NCBI GenBank assembly: GCA_042569365.1
Contig: JBHPHK010000002.1
Span: forward strand, 10,494-74,493
Reading direction: 5' to 3'
Source: Patescibacteria group bacterium
GTDB lineage: Bacteria; Patescibacteriota; JAUYIX01; JBHPHK01
Length of the DNA: 64,000 bases
Part shown: piece after piece, positions 8,777 to 18,664 of the stretch
How positions within the stretch are numbered: position 1 is the stretch's first letter
Layout of the letters: every line of letters starts with the position of its first letter
The notes under the pieces: model-generated
Database searches by the model: none
Seen by the model: the letters and a program-made list of their open reading frames with translations, nothing else
Told to the model about the DNA's origin: nothing
Made by a program: the position numbers and the translations under genes

Positions 8777-10420
8777 TTAGAATGCAACCAAGTAAGTCAC
8801 CAGCCAGAAGGCTCCGGTGACTAAGAAAAACAAAGGCTGATATATTTTAGGCCTTAAGACTAGCATCGCAGCCAAGACTCCAAAGCCAAGTGAAATCAGC
8901 AGCAGAGACTGAGTCTGCAGTAAGAGCGGTACCGACATGAAGGCGATGAAAACGAGCAGGGCAGCGATCCAGCGGGAGTGCTTCGGCCCAAAGATGACCG
9001 GCAAGGTGAGAACTTGCTGAACTGCGTCTCCTTCCTCGTCTCCAAAATCTTTCAAAGGCGCGAGAAGTCCTGCAAAAAGCAAAACCATAACGATGATCAA
9101 TGGCGGGAAGGCGGTAAAGTCGCGCGCCGGACTCAAAAGTAAGAATCCCAAGAAAACTAGAAGCAAAATATTCAGCCCTAAGAAAAACTGAGTGGCGATC
9201 GGCCAGCGCTTGATGCGAAACGGCTGAGCCGAATACAAAATATTAACAAACAGGATCGCCGCCACGGTAAAGGTGAACGAAAATCCGAGAGGATAGACGC
9301 TGACTAAGGCTAGTCCTCCGAACAGCCAGGCTAGAGTTAAGTTTAACTCCGGGGTAATAATTTTTCGGGGGAGAAGGCGTTTGGGATGGCTGAGTTTATC
9401 TCCGCTGTAGTCAAAATGATCGTTAAGATGTTTCGAAAAGCCCCAAGCGCCAAGTGCGCCGATGATCACGCGCAAAGCAGCGGCGATGCCGAAGAAAGAA
9501 TGATCAAACTGGGAGTCTGGAAATACTTTCAGGGCCAGCAAGAATCCTGCGCCGATCGCAAAGAAATAAAGCGCCAGTCTCTGCCAGCGAAAAGTTTTGA
9601 TCAGCTCTTTGAGAATTTTCCATTTATAGATCGCAAACCAGCCGAGCGCCGTTATGCCTAGTAGAGGTAGGAGCACCATAATGATGCGCAAATCAAAACC
9701 CTGCACAGCCTGCATCGTCAACGGTGCGTTCCAAAGCTCTCCAGATCCCATCCAGAAGCCGATAACATTATTAGCGGTGGCCCAGCCCGCTTCTCGCCAA
9801 CCTTGCGTTACGACATATATCAGAGAGGGAAGCGCTGCAAAAAAGAAAGTGACGACATAAAGTAAGACGGTGCCGCCAATTGTCTTCCACCAGTTTTTTG
9901 TTTTGATAGCTAGATAGAGCAGAGCCAGTAGCAGAAACAAGCCGATCTGTACGCGCATGCCCAGAGTGATTCCGAAGTTGACCTCAGTCCCAAAACTAAA
10001 GAAAGACAAAAAGTCTCTCCATAAAGTCGGCCAGCCTTCGAAAAGATAGGCGGTCCGGTAGTTCCCAACACCTTTCGACGCGATAAAATCAACGATTGGC
10101 ACGATCAGCACGACAGACCAGGCGAGTAAGGTCGCACTGGTGATCCGGCGGATCTTCTCGCGCGTGATCAAAGCTACGATCGCACTCACCACCAAAATAA
10201 TAACCGCATACAACAAGGTCGGATGAATAATCGCTCCCAAAAAAGGCACGAAGGTCCGACCGAGCGAAGAAAACTGTTCTAGAAAGATGCGCAGTGCGCT
10301 CAAAGCCACCAGGCTCAAGACGAAAAAGACCAAACCGCCTCTCGGTTTTTCTACAAATTTGATAGCGGCCCTAAGCCAGTCGAGTTTGTTTCGCTGTTTC
10401 ATTATATTTAAGCCTAGCAC
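8777..10420 (-). CDS. Polytopic membrane protein whose C-terminal half is a UbiA-family prenyltransferase, fused to an unknown N-terminal multi-TM domain
   Basis: More than 12 predicted TM helices. UbiA Asp-rich motif 1 NDHFDYSGD (NDxxDxxxD) and motif 2 DFGDEEGD in the C-terminal ~220 aa. Divergently paired with a polyprenyl synthase gene. Confidence 0.55.
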   Translation of the reverse strand: MLGLNIMKQRNKLDWLRAAIKFVEKPRGGLVFFVLSLVALSALRIFLEQFSSLGRTFVPFLGAIIHPTLLYAVIILVVSAIVALITREKIRRITSATLLAWSVVLIVPIVDFIASKGVGNYRTAYLFEGWPTLWRDFLSFFSFGTEVNFGITLGMRVQIGLFLLLALLYLAIKTKNWWKTIGGTVLLYVVTFFFAALPSLIYVVTQGWREAGWATANNVIGFWMGSGELWNAPLTMQAVQGFDLRIIMVLLPLLGITALGWFAIYKWKILKELIKTFRWQRLALYFFAIGAGFLLALKVFPDSQFDHSFFGIAAALRVIIGALGAWGFSKHLNDHFDYSGDKLSHPKRLLPRKIITPELNLTLAWLFGGLALVSVYPLGFSFTFTVAAILFVNILYSAQPFRIKRWPIATQFFLGLNILLLVFLGFLLLSPARDFTAFPPLIIVMVLLFAGLLAPLKDFGDEEGDAVQQVLTLPVIFGPKHSRWIAALLVFIAFMSVPLLLQTQSLLLISLGFGVLAAMLVLRPKIYQPLFFLVTGAFWLVTYLVAF

Positions 10421-10473
10421 GCATACACTTGGGTCGTGAAGTAGACTACGCTAGTATAAGTATATAAGTATTA

Positions 10474-11550
10474 TTGCAAATGCTCGAATTTATCCAAAGT
10501 ATCAAAAAACATCGAAAAGACGTGAATGGTCGCTTGCGACAGCTTTTTCATGAAAAACAAAAGCAGGCTGATCCCGAGCTGAAGCCTACCTATAAGAGAT
10601 TAGAGCGATACACTATGTCGGGCGGCAAGCGCTTAAGGGCTTATTTGGTGAATATGGGCGCTGCTTTTGTCGATAAAGAAATATCTAAAAAGAACTTATT
10701 AGACTTAGGAGCGAGCTTAGAGCTTGGGCACACTGGTATTTTGGTCCATGACGATATTATCGATCGAGATCTTCTGCGGCGCGGGGAGCCGACATTACAT
10801 ATTGCATCCCAAGACTGGCGTAATGACACCAAACGACCTAAAAAGCAGCTTGGATATCTGAATGCCATGACCTGCGGCAATATCCTGGGAGCCTGGGCCA
10901 ACGAAATTTTAATGAACACCGACCTGACTGATTCGCGCAAACTCCTCTTACTAGAGGTGGCAACGCGCACAGGTCTCTTGACGGCGCAGGGGGAGGTTTA
11001 TGATATTCAGCTCGGCGCCGGGAAGCGTCCAGATCTGGATTGGACCGAGCTCCTCGCAATCCAACAGCTCAAGACCGCTCCTTATAGTTTTGAGGGTCCT
11101 TTAGTCTTCGGCGCTCTGGCAGCAGGAGGCTCTAAAGCCGCCTTCGAGGCTTTAGCAGAGTATTCAAACTTAGTAGGATCTGCTTTCCAGTTGCAGGATG
11201 ATATTCTAGGAATCCAAGGCAATAAGGGCAACCAAAAAATAGGCAAAACGCCCGCTGCAGACCTGCGGGAAGGCAAGTTAACGCCTCTTATCAAAATCGC
11301 AATGCAGGAAAGCGGCCAAGCCGGAAAGAAAAAACTCACTCAGCTTCTCGAAAAGCCATCGCGCAACAGCGCGGACATAAATCAAATGAAGCGAGTGATC
11401 GAAAATAGCAATGCCTATGACATTGTTGCCGATGTGGCGGGTAAAAAAGTGAAGTTAGCAGAGAAATGGACAAGACAGAATATAACAGACCAAGAGACGC
11501 GCGCATTATTTACTGCCGTGGCTCGGTTTGTCTTAAATAGAAAGTTCTAA
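10474..11550 (+). CDS. Trans-polyprenyl diphosphate synthase (FPP/GGPP/long-chain type)
   Basis: First DDxxD motif LVHDDIIDRD and second FQLQDDILG. The overall size is that of an IspA/IspB fold. Confidence 0.85.
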   Translation: MQMLEFIQSIKKHRKDVNGRLRQLFHEKQKQADPELKPTYKRLERYTMSGGKRLRAYLVNMGAAFVDKEISKKNLLDLGASLELGHTGILVHDDIIDRDLLRRGEPTLHIASQDWRNDTKRPKKQLGYLNAMTCGNILGAWANEILMNTDLTDSRKLLLLEVATRTGLLTAQGEVYDIQLGAGKRPDLDWTELLAIQQLKTAPYSFEGPLVFGALAAGGSKAAFEALAEYSNLVGSAFQLQDDILGIQGNKGNQKIGKTPAADLREGKLTPLIKIAMQESGQAGKKKLTQLLEKPSRNSADINQMKRVIENSNAYDIVADVAGKKVKLAEKWTRQNITDQETRALFTAVARFVLNRKF

Positions 11551-12446
11551 TGCCGACGAAGCAAGCCGTATTTAATACAAAACGTCTCCCAAATCTCACA
11601 GACCCTGGAACGATAAAAGAATTGATGAGGATTTTTCGCATAGTACCGCGCAGAAGCCGTGGTCAAAATTTTATTATTAACTCATCAGCGCTAGATAAGA
11701 TAACCCGTGCCGCTAGTTTATCGCGGGAAGACCTGGTGATCGAGATTGGGCCGGGACTGGGAGCTCTTACGGCAGAATTAATCCAAAAAGCCGGCAAGGT
11801 GACGGCAATCGAAATCGATCCGAAGCTTTACGCCATTTTGCAGCAGACTTTCGCGCGGTGGCCGTTCGATAATCTTAATTTCATAAATGAAGACGCGCTG
11901 ACTTTCGATATTGGCTCATTAGCACAACGCTCTATTGATCAATCTTCCGAATTAAAGCAATACAAGATAGTCGCGAATCTTCCGTATTCCATCACAGGGA
12001 GAATGATTCGCAGGATTTTAGAAGCAAAACCAGGTCCGCATTCCATAGTGTTGTTAGTTCAAAAGGAGGTAGCGGAAAGAATGGTAGCCAATCCGCCAAA
12101 GATGAGTATTTTGGGAGTTGCCGTGCAAACATACGGAAAGGCGGAAATTATCAGTACAGTAAAACCTGGCAGCTTTATGCCAAAACCTAACGTAAATTCG
12201 GCTATAATCCGCGTTAAAATGCATAAAAGGCCGTTATTTGGCGATTTAGACAGTAAAAAGTACTTTAAAGTAGTAAAAGCAGGTTTTTCCCAAAAAAGAA
12301 AAACGCTGTCTAACGCACTTTCAGGGGGTTTAGCGCAGGATAAGAAGGAAATAGAGAATAAGTTAAAAAGTATCAATATTGATCCTTCTGTGAGAGCGCA
12401 ACATCTGAAAATTGAGGAATGGGTAAGAATTGCAGAGGCACTCTAG
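11550..12446 (+). CDS. rsmA: 16S rRNA (adenine1518/1519-N6)-dimethyltransferase
   Basis: GQNFIINSSALDKI and the SAM motif EIGPGLGALT, followed by NLPYSIT. Confidence 0.9.
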   Translation: MPTKQAVFNTKRLPNLTDPGTIKELMRIFRIVPRRSRGQNFIINSSALDKITRAASLSREDLVIEIGPGLGALTAELIQKAGKVTAIEIDPKLYAILQQTFARWPFDNLNFINEDALTFDIGSLAQRSIDQSSELKQYKIVANLPYSITGRMIRRILEAKPGPHSIVLLVQKEVAERMVANPPKMSILGVAVQTYGKAEIISTVKPGSFMPKPNVNSAIIRVKMHKRPLFGDLDSKKYFKVVKAGFSQKRKTLSNALSGGLAQDKKEIENKLKSINIDPSVRAQHLKIEEWVRIAEAL

Positions 12447-12515
12447 ATATTGACAAATAGACTTGATAATGGCGAAATATAATGGCTTTTGTCCACAATA
12501 ATAAGCCATTATTTT

Positions 12516-12544
12516 TTGGATTGAGGGTCTCTAAATGGTATAAT
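12516..12544 (+). promoter_or_regulatory. Candidate promoter of the T4SS-like operon, with an extended -10
   Basis: TTGGAT (12516-12521), a 17-nt spacer, then TGgTATAAT (12536-12544). This would give a ~200-nt leader before the ATG at 12747. Confidence 0.4.
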
Positions 12545-12746
12545 TTAGCTAACGTAAACGCCTCATGAGATTGGGCAGAGAATGAATTAAGAGGCTTTTG
12601 CATAAGCCGACCTAATAGCCGGAACTAGTTTCGGTTAATGGAGCCGGGAAAACAAAAAAACAAAAACAAAAACCAAAAGGTCGATTCAAATATTTTTCCT
12701 GACCCTTGGTTTTTTATTTTACTTCTCAAGTTTATTTTTCAGACAA

Positions 12747-13754
12747 ATGACTAAAACGGATTTGAAAAAAACTTTCCCCACAACCATTTCCAAAAATATT
12801 TCATCTACAGAATCTTGGAAGATTGTTTTTGTTTTGATCGGAATCGCAGTCGTTAGTGTATCTGCAATTCAAATCATCAGAAAACAAATCGGGAGCATTG
12901 ATCCTGGCTCCATTGCGGCACAGATCAAGCCGGCGGAAGGAATTGAAAGCGTATCCGATCTCGACACTGATGGTGACGGTCTTTTTGACGCTAAAGAAGA
13001 GCATCTCGGAACAAATCCCCATAACAGTGATACAGATAACGATGGCTTCACTGACGGTGAAGAGATTTTCAACGGATACAATCCTTTATCTGCTGCAATA
13101 GATGGCAGCCAACAGAATTCAGTGAAGATTTTCGGCGAACCACGGGTGATGTATGAAAATATGCAGCCAACAATGACGAGCGCATCCGCAACTTCTGAAG
13201 CGCAGGCGGGAGTCGGAGGTTTAGGTGGTGAGGATGAGGTGATATTAGATAGCGGAGCGATCTCAGATATGTTGCGTCAGGTAAATACGCTAACTAATTA
13301 TTCGATGCCTGATATTAGCGGCATCCCAATCAATATCACGCAGACTTCCGGTAAAACACCAGTCGAGAACTATATGTACGACGTATTGGGCATATTTTCA
13401 CGCTGGGCTCCTTTTGATGACGAGGTAGATATTTCGAACTTTATTGCAGAGGTACAGCAGGGTAATTATGCGCGCGTCGGCGGAGTCATTGAAGCAAAAG
13501 AAGAAGGCCTGAAGGAATTAGCCGAGATTGAAGTTCCTGAAGAAATGTACGATCTGCACACTCAAGGACTGAAGCTCTTAATTGGCGGTAGCAATTCCTT
13601 GATTGCTTTACAGGGAGTAGGTGGTGCTGGCGGTGAAGAGGAGACGATGACACTCTTTTCTCAGATCCAGTATCTTGTAGACCAGACACAGTCATTAGTG
13701 ACAAATATTTCAGCAATAAGTCGAAATTACGACTTGCCATTTGTCTTTGAATAA
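12747..13754 (+). CDS. Membrane-anchored secreted protein with bacterial TSP3-type calcium-binding repeats
   Basis: N-terminal TM (IVFVLIGIAVVSVSAI). DLDTDGDGLFDAKEEHLGTNPHNSDTDNDGFTDGEE. First gene of the co-directional operon. Confidence 0.6.
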   Translation: MTKTDLKKTFPTTISKNISSTESWKIVFVLIGIAVVSVSAIQIIRKQIGSIDPGSIAAQIKPAEGIESVSDLDTDGDGLFDAKEEHLGTNPHNSDTDNDGFTDGEEIFNGYNPLSAAIDGSQQNSVKIFGEPRVMYENMQPTMTSASATSEAQAGVGGLGGEDEVILDSGAISDMLRQVNTLTNYSMPDISGIPINITQTSGKTPVENYMYDVLGIFSRWAPFDDEVDISNFIAEVQQGNYARVGGVIEAKEEGLKELAEIEVPEEMYDLHTQGLKLLIGGSNSLIALQGVGGAGGEEETMTLFSQIQYLVDQTQSLVTNISAISRNYDLPFVFE

Positions 13755-13760
13755 AATAAA

Positions 13761-14828
13761 ATGCACAAATTTTCCCACAAAATCATCGCAGCAATAATCG
13801 TAGTTGGCTTAGCAGCTATAATGTTTGCGCCGCTTAGCGTCAATCGCCAGCGCGCAAACGAAACTTCTCCTTTCCTGCAACCAGCTGTTGCTGATGCGAT
13901 GTGGGGCATGGACGCTGGCATTAAGATTGCTTGGGAAACAGCCTGGAGAGATTATATTCGCGTAAAATTGATCGATCTTGGTAAGTTTTTAAAGCTTCAA
14001 GCTACGATCAAGTTGATCCAGAAGGCTCTTGATGAAACTGAGCTCGGAGGAATGGTGCGGAATTATCGAAGTTTTATTTTCGACGATCTTGCTGATAAAG
14101 CTTTAGATACAATTGATGTTTATTTCGACGACTATCTGCCGGACACTGTAAGTCCCAATGTGAAACGCACAGCAAAAGCAATCGTTAATAACGAGATCCG
14201 GAGTGTAGACGGCATGATTAACACTTTAGGTACGCAGAGCGTTACATCAAACAAACAAGTAAGCACTTCTCAATCCTCAACATCATCGACCGCCCTACTA
14301 AATAATTCCGAGCAAAATTTTTCTCAGAAAACTGTGGCGTGGGTGAAGACATTTTTCAAAGCTCAGTTCGTAGGAACTAAAGCATTATCGCCAAATAACC
14401 CATTGATCGCTTTTGCGTATAATCCGGTACCAACTCAGTGGAAGAATAGTTTCTCTAATTTCAACCAGTTTATAGATAGCGTTGTTCAGTGTAATGGAAG
14501 CGAAACATGTAACGATTCGTTGGCTGCATTGAAGGCAGTTGATAAAGGTATGAAGGAATATAATGCTAGTCAATTATCAGAGACTATACGTACCTTGGTC
14601 TTGAGTGGATACAATACAGAACGAGATAAGGATGGTAATGAAACGCAATGGCCGGGCTTAGCAAAAGCTATGCTCGAGGGTAATGTTCAGCAATTCGCAA
14701 CTATCATTTCAAACTCAGAAGACTACACACCTTCACCAGTCACAACGATGATCGGTGCTTTCATAATCAACTACGTTTTCAATAGTCATGATAATTGGGA
14801 CTCTCTTAATCAACAACGTTTTCAATAA
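13761..14828 (+). CDS. Hypothetical membrane-anchored extracellular protein
   Basis: N-terminal TM (IIAAIIVVGLAAIMFAPL) and a Ser/Thr-rich segment. Starts 7 nt after the previous gene. Confidence 0.5.
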   Translation: MHKFSHKIIAAIIVVGLAAIMFAPLSVNRQRANETSPFLQPAVADAMWGMDAGIKIAWETAWRDYIRVKLIDLGKFLKLQATIKLIQKALDETELGGMVRNYRSFIFDDLADKALDTIDVYFDDYLPDTVSPNVKRTAKAIVNNEIRSVDGMINTLGTQSVTSNKQVSTSQSSTSSTALLNNSEQNFSQKTVAWVKTFFKAQFVGTKALSPNNPLIAFAYNPVPTQWKNSFSNFNQFIDSVVQCNGSETCNDSLAALKAVDKGMKEYNASQLSETIRTLVLSGYNTERDKDGNETQWPGLAKAMLEGNVQQFATIISNSEDYTPSPVTTMIGAFIINYVFNSHDNWDSLNQQRFQ

Positions 14829-14860
14829 TTACGTAAACTAGATCTTTTTAAAAATAAGAT

Positions 14861-15403
14861 TTGCTTATGGCAGATACACCAAAAAGTTCATCCAAGAGAA
14901 TTGATGGAGTATCAAGAACCCCAGCTTCGCTTATTCCACGGAAAAGAAAAGTCATAACCCCGGCAGCGGGTTTAGCTGAACAGCCAATTCCTGAAAATAT
15001 TGAAGAGGAAGAAGAGCAGGATTCAATGGATTTTCCTGGTGGCGCTTTTCCATCCCAAGAACGAGCTGAAGAAAAAGCAGATGAAGAAGAGCCGAAGTCT
15101 ACTGAAGATATTGAGCAGGAACGCGCCCGAAATCTTGCGAAAGAAATGAAAAAAGATAGAGCCAAAGCAATGAAGCAGGCAAAAACTCAGGCTAAGGCGG
15201 CGGGTAAGAAGGCGGCAAAGGCGGCGGGTAAGAAGGTGGCAAAAAAAGTCGCGAAGCAGGCAGTGATGAAAGCAGTACAGGCGGTCGCCGCAGCTATTGC
15301 TCCAGAAGCACTGGCAATCATTGGAATAATTGTAGTAGTCATTATTGTTATCATATTAATTTTCGTTTATGGTTGCGATTTACTTCCTTGGATATGTAGT
15401 TAA
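14861..15403 (+). CDS. Tail-anchored, highly charged protein with an acidic block and a histone-H1-like AKKAAK repeat
   Basis: An EEEEEQD block, then AKAAGKKAAKAAGKKVAKKVAKQ (encoded by a 24-nt tandem DNA repeat at 15194-15241), then a C-terminal TM IIGIIVVVIIVIILIFVYG. Confidence 0.5.
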   Translation: MLMADTPKSSSKRIDGVSRTPASLIPRKRKVITPAAGLAEQPIPENIEEEEEQDSMDFPGGAFPSQERAEEKADEEEPKSTEDIEQERARNLAKEMKKDRAKAMKQAKTQAKAAGKKAAKAAGKKVAKKVAKQAVMKAVQAVAAAIAPEALAIIGIIVVVIIVIILIFVYGCDLLPWICS

Positions 15404-15417
15404 ACAATAAAAAATTC

Positions 15418-17217
15418 GTGAAAAAAATAAACACTCTAACATTTAAAAATATAAAAGAAAAAATTCGTAAGAACGAAGTTTTGCTTACGATCGGATTGAT
15501 ACTTGCGGTTGTTGCAATTGTTATCTTTGTGGTGCCATCGGGGGCCTATGCTGCTGGATTTGCAGAGTCTTTAGGTCTCTGGGTATTCCGCATTATTGCA
15601 TTTATGCTCCAGCTCTATGTAGCGCTTCTAGCGATTCTGATCGCCTTTATGTCTGTTATTTTTGACTGGGTAGCGGGATTTGGCGTCTTTAGTCAGGGAA
15701 CGATTAACGAAGGATTGCTGCGCGGCTGGACGCTGTTGGTGAACGTCGCAAACCTGGTCTTCATTTTAATATTGCTGTTTATCGGTATCGCAACAATATT
15801 CCGCGTCGAACAATTTTCAATTCGTCGCTTGTTTGTGCGCGTTATCGTGGCTGTTTTGCTAATAAATTTCAGCTTCTTCTTCACAAAGATTATCACTAAT
15901 GGCGCGGATACGATTCAAAATATTTTCACCAATGGCGCAGTTGTTTTTCCTGAGTGTAGAGAGGCGGGTGTTCCGATCAGCTGTACGATAGGAAACCTGG
16001 TCGGTATCGGAGATTTGAACTGGGAATCGTCTGTAGGAGGACAAATGGAAATTTTTGATACTCTCATGGCGACAGATAGTACCGACGCAGCACTTGATGT
16101 GGCTATTAAGTCTGCCTTTATGATGGTATTCTTTTCTATCTTCTTGTTTGCTATCGCTATAGTTACCATTCTACTCTTGGTGCGTATGGTGGTCTTATGG
16201 ATCCTGGCTACCATTTCGCCATTTGCCTATGTTGCTATGATTTTGCCGAGTACTCGACCGTACTCTAGCCAATGGTGGAATGCGTTATTCCGGTGGGCTC
16301 TGCTTGGTCCGCTGACTTTGATTTTGATAAACGTGGGGATTTTGGTTATGACGCCAATGCAAGTTGTCGTTGATAATATGCCTGGCGGCAATATAAATGT
16401 TGGTCTCTCACAGGTTGTATTAAATGGAGTGCAGGGGCTAGGACTTTTGATTGTGGCCTCAATCTTTATGATAGGTTCGTTGATGGTGGCGCGTCAGATG
16501 GGCGGTTCCATCGCGGGCGCAATCGTAAACAATGCCAATAAAGGAGCAAAGAATCTTGGAAAATGGGCCGGAGGAAAGGCTTCGGGCGCAGTTCTCGGCA
16601 GGAAGGACTCCAAGACAGGCAAGCGCACTGGCGGCTTGATTCGTCGCGCGCCTGGATTGAAGCAGGCTTCTCAAGCTCTTGAAGGACGCGCCAAGGCAAG
16701 ACAGCAAGCCGGCTTGTCACGCGAAAAAGATTACCAAAAAGGAGTTACAGCTAAGACGGGTAAGTATCGCAAGAAAGCAATTTTGGGCGGCAAACACTTT
16801 GATGAAACAGCAGATCCTGAATATAAAAAACGCATCAGTGAGGGAATTAAAGAAAATAAGGATCCAGGCAATTATGTAAGCGCAGAACACCAGTACGCAA
16901 TAATGGACCAGGCTATTAAAGATGGAGATAAAGAAAAAGCAATGATTGCCCATGGATCAATTGGTGCCAATAAAGATATGACTACCAGAAATGATGTTCG
17001 GGGAAATGATTTTAGAGCTGCTACAGATAGGATGCAGGCGGCAGGTTTTATAGATGAAAAACAAGCAGTTGGACATAAGAACGTTGCGCGCAAAGATTCT
17101 CAGAAACGCATTGAAAAGATGCGTGAAAAGAAGGGAAAAGAGGGTAAGAAGAAGCCAGGTAAGACTTATGTGGATGAGTTTGGTGTTAAACGAGATGAAG
17201 AAGGCAATGCAGTTTAA
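15418..17217 (+). CDS. VirB6/TrbL-like polytopic membrane protein of the T4SS
   Basis: ~8 TM helices in the first ~380 aa, then a ~220-aa Lys-rich hydrophilic tail. Its position next to VirB3/VirB4 homologues is typical for VirB6. Confidence 0.5.
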   Translation: MKKINTLTFKNIKEKIRKNEVLLTIGLILAVVAIVIFVVPSGAYAAGFAESLGLWVFRIIAFMLQLYVALLAILIAFMSVIFDWVAGFGVFSQGTINEGLLRGWTLLVNVANLVFILILLFIGIATIFRVEQFSIRRLFVRVIVAVLLINFSFFFTKIITNGADTIQNIFTNGAVVFPECREAGVPISCTIGNLVGIGDLNWESSVGGQMEIFDTLMATDSTDAALDVAIKSAFMMVFFSIFLFAIAIVTILLLVRMVVLWILATISPFAYVAMILPSTRPYSSQWWNALFRWALLGPLTLILINVGILVMTPMQVVVDNMPGGNINVGLSQVVLNGVQGLGLLIVASIFMIGSLMVARQMGGSIAGAIVNNANKGAKNLGKWAGGKASGAVLGRKDSKTGKRTGGLIRRAPGLKQASQALEGRAKARQQAGLSREKDYQKGVTAKTGKYRKKAILGGKHFDETADPEYKKRISEGIKENKDPGNYVSAEHQYAIMDQAIKDGDKEKAMIAHGSIGANKDMTTRNDVRGNDFRAATDRMQAAGFIDEKQAVGHKNVARKDSQKRIEKMREKKGKEGKKKPGKTYVDEFGVKRDEEGNAV

Positions 17218-17246
17218 GAATCAAAAATATTAAGTTAGATTAATTT

Positions 17247-18659
17247 ATGCCAGAAATAACAGAACAAGATAAAGAGTTTGTTAAGTCGCTTACGCTGGAA
17301 CGCGCTAAAGACCCCGGCACTTTAGATTTATTGAAAAATCGGGCTATGTTTTTTTGGGAGGAAGATTCTCTAAGTGCCCGAATATTCGCCAGTCTCTTAG
17401 AAGATAAGTTTAATAACCAAGATATGCTTGACTTGCGTCAAGACGCAGTTTTATATCAGAAATATCAGGATCTTATCCTTGAAATGCGAGCAAAAGTTAT
17501 TGGTATTTTGAAACTTGAAGAGCAACAAGAGATTTTGCGCAATAATTTTCTGTCAGCTTATCAAAGTAATAAGAATATTTATGAAGATATAATTGAAAGT
17601 TTTGATTATTATGATGAAGACTTTGCCTTAGTAGAAGCAGAAAAAATTACAAGTGCTTTGAATAATAATCAAGAAACAATCGGAACAGAAAATATTGTAA
17701 TAGCAGGTGATACAAAGCCAGTAAGCCCGCAAATCAAATTCTGGATCAAGGATTTCAATAAATTTGCTGGAGGCATGCAAGTATCCACCGAAAAAATATC
17801 TGAATACTTCAGGCAAAACGATAATGTTCGCAAGCTTGACGAGGGAGAGAAGGAAATACTATCCACTATTATTAAAATAGTTAATAGCATGAAGCCTCCT
17901 CAGATAATAACGGGAGATTTGGCCATAGCTGGTGAGTCTCCAGAGAGAGCGGCTGAATTACAGAAGCTTATTAGTAAGAAGGCCGTTGCTCAATCTGAGC
18001 AAGCTCAGGTTTTAGCTTCTGCTGCGCCAGAGGATGTATTGGAGCCAACGGATGAGGAGATACAAGGACGGCCGCAAGCTACGGGACCAGCAGTAAATCC
18101 GTTAGCGGGACAGCCGAGTGTGGCTATACCTAAACCACCGGCACCTGCTCCGACAGCTACTTTGGCACCTGCGGGCCAAACTTTAGCAGCTCCTATTCCA
18201 AGCGAGCTGACTAAGCCTAAAAAAGGATTCTTTGGTCGTCGAAAAAAACAAAATCACGGAGGTTTGCAGATCCAAGATAGTCCTGCGATACAAAGCGCTG
18301 GTCGTAAGGTTGTGTCACCTCAGCCGACAGTTGCTCAACCTGTTACCGCTCAGCCGACACTAGAAAATAGCCTGCAAACAACTTCTGAGAATGCGATCAA
18401 GGCGTACCCTCAAGGCGGAGTGGAATATATCAATCAATTAAACTCGTCCGTTCAGGCTCGTATACAAGCAGATGCTGCGGCAAAAAATAATTTGGCCAAC
18501 AACTGGAAGCAAAGTCCACTTTATCAAAAATATCTTCAGGTAGGACAGGCAAGTATGCAATCTGGTCGCCCAATTCAAGAGGTCTTGCAGGAAAGTGGTA
18601 GTCAATTAACTCTTGAAGAATTTGAAAAAATTACTGCACTTAGTAAGGCGCTTAGCTAA
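17247..18659 (+). CDS. Hypothetical protein with a Pro/Ala-rich linker, T4SS-operon associated
   Basis: No TM segment. Low-complexity stretch PKPPAPAPTATLAPAGQTLAAPIPS. Unknown globular N- and C-terminal parts. Confidence 0.45.
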   Translation: MPEITEQDKEFVKSLTLERAKDPGTLDLLKNRAMFFWEEDSLSARIFASLLEDKFNNQDMLDLRQDAVLYQKYQDLILEMRAKVIGILKLEEQQEILRNNFLSAYQSNKNIYEDIIESFDYYDEDFALVEAEKITSALNNNQETIGTENIVIAGDTKPVSPQIKFWIKDFNKFAGGMQVSTEKISEYFRQNDNVRKLDEGEKEILSTIIKIVNSMKPPQIITGDLAIAGESPERAAELQKLISKKAVAQSEQAQVLASAAPEDVLEPTDEEIQGRPQATGPAVNPLAGQPSVAIPKPPAPAPTATLAPAGQTLAAPIPSELTKPKKGFFGRRKKQNHGGLQIQDSPAIQSAGRKVVSPQPTVAQPVTAQPTLENSLQTTSENAIKAYPQGGVEYINQLNSSVQARIQADAAAKNNLANNWKQSPLYQKYLQVGQASMQSGRPIQEVLQESGSQLTLEEFEKITALSKALS

Positions 18660-18664
18660 TTAAT

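Noticed and set aside
15194-15241. 24-nt perfect tandem DNA repeat, considered as a CRISPR or VNTR element
   Set aside because: Only two copies with no spacers, and it lies in-frame inside a CDS encoding the AKAAGKK repeat. There is no CRISPR array anywhere in the window.
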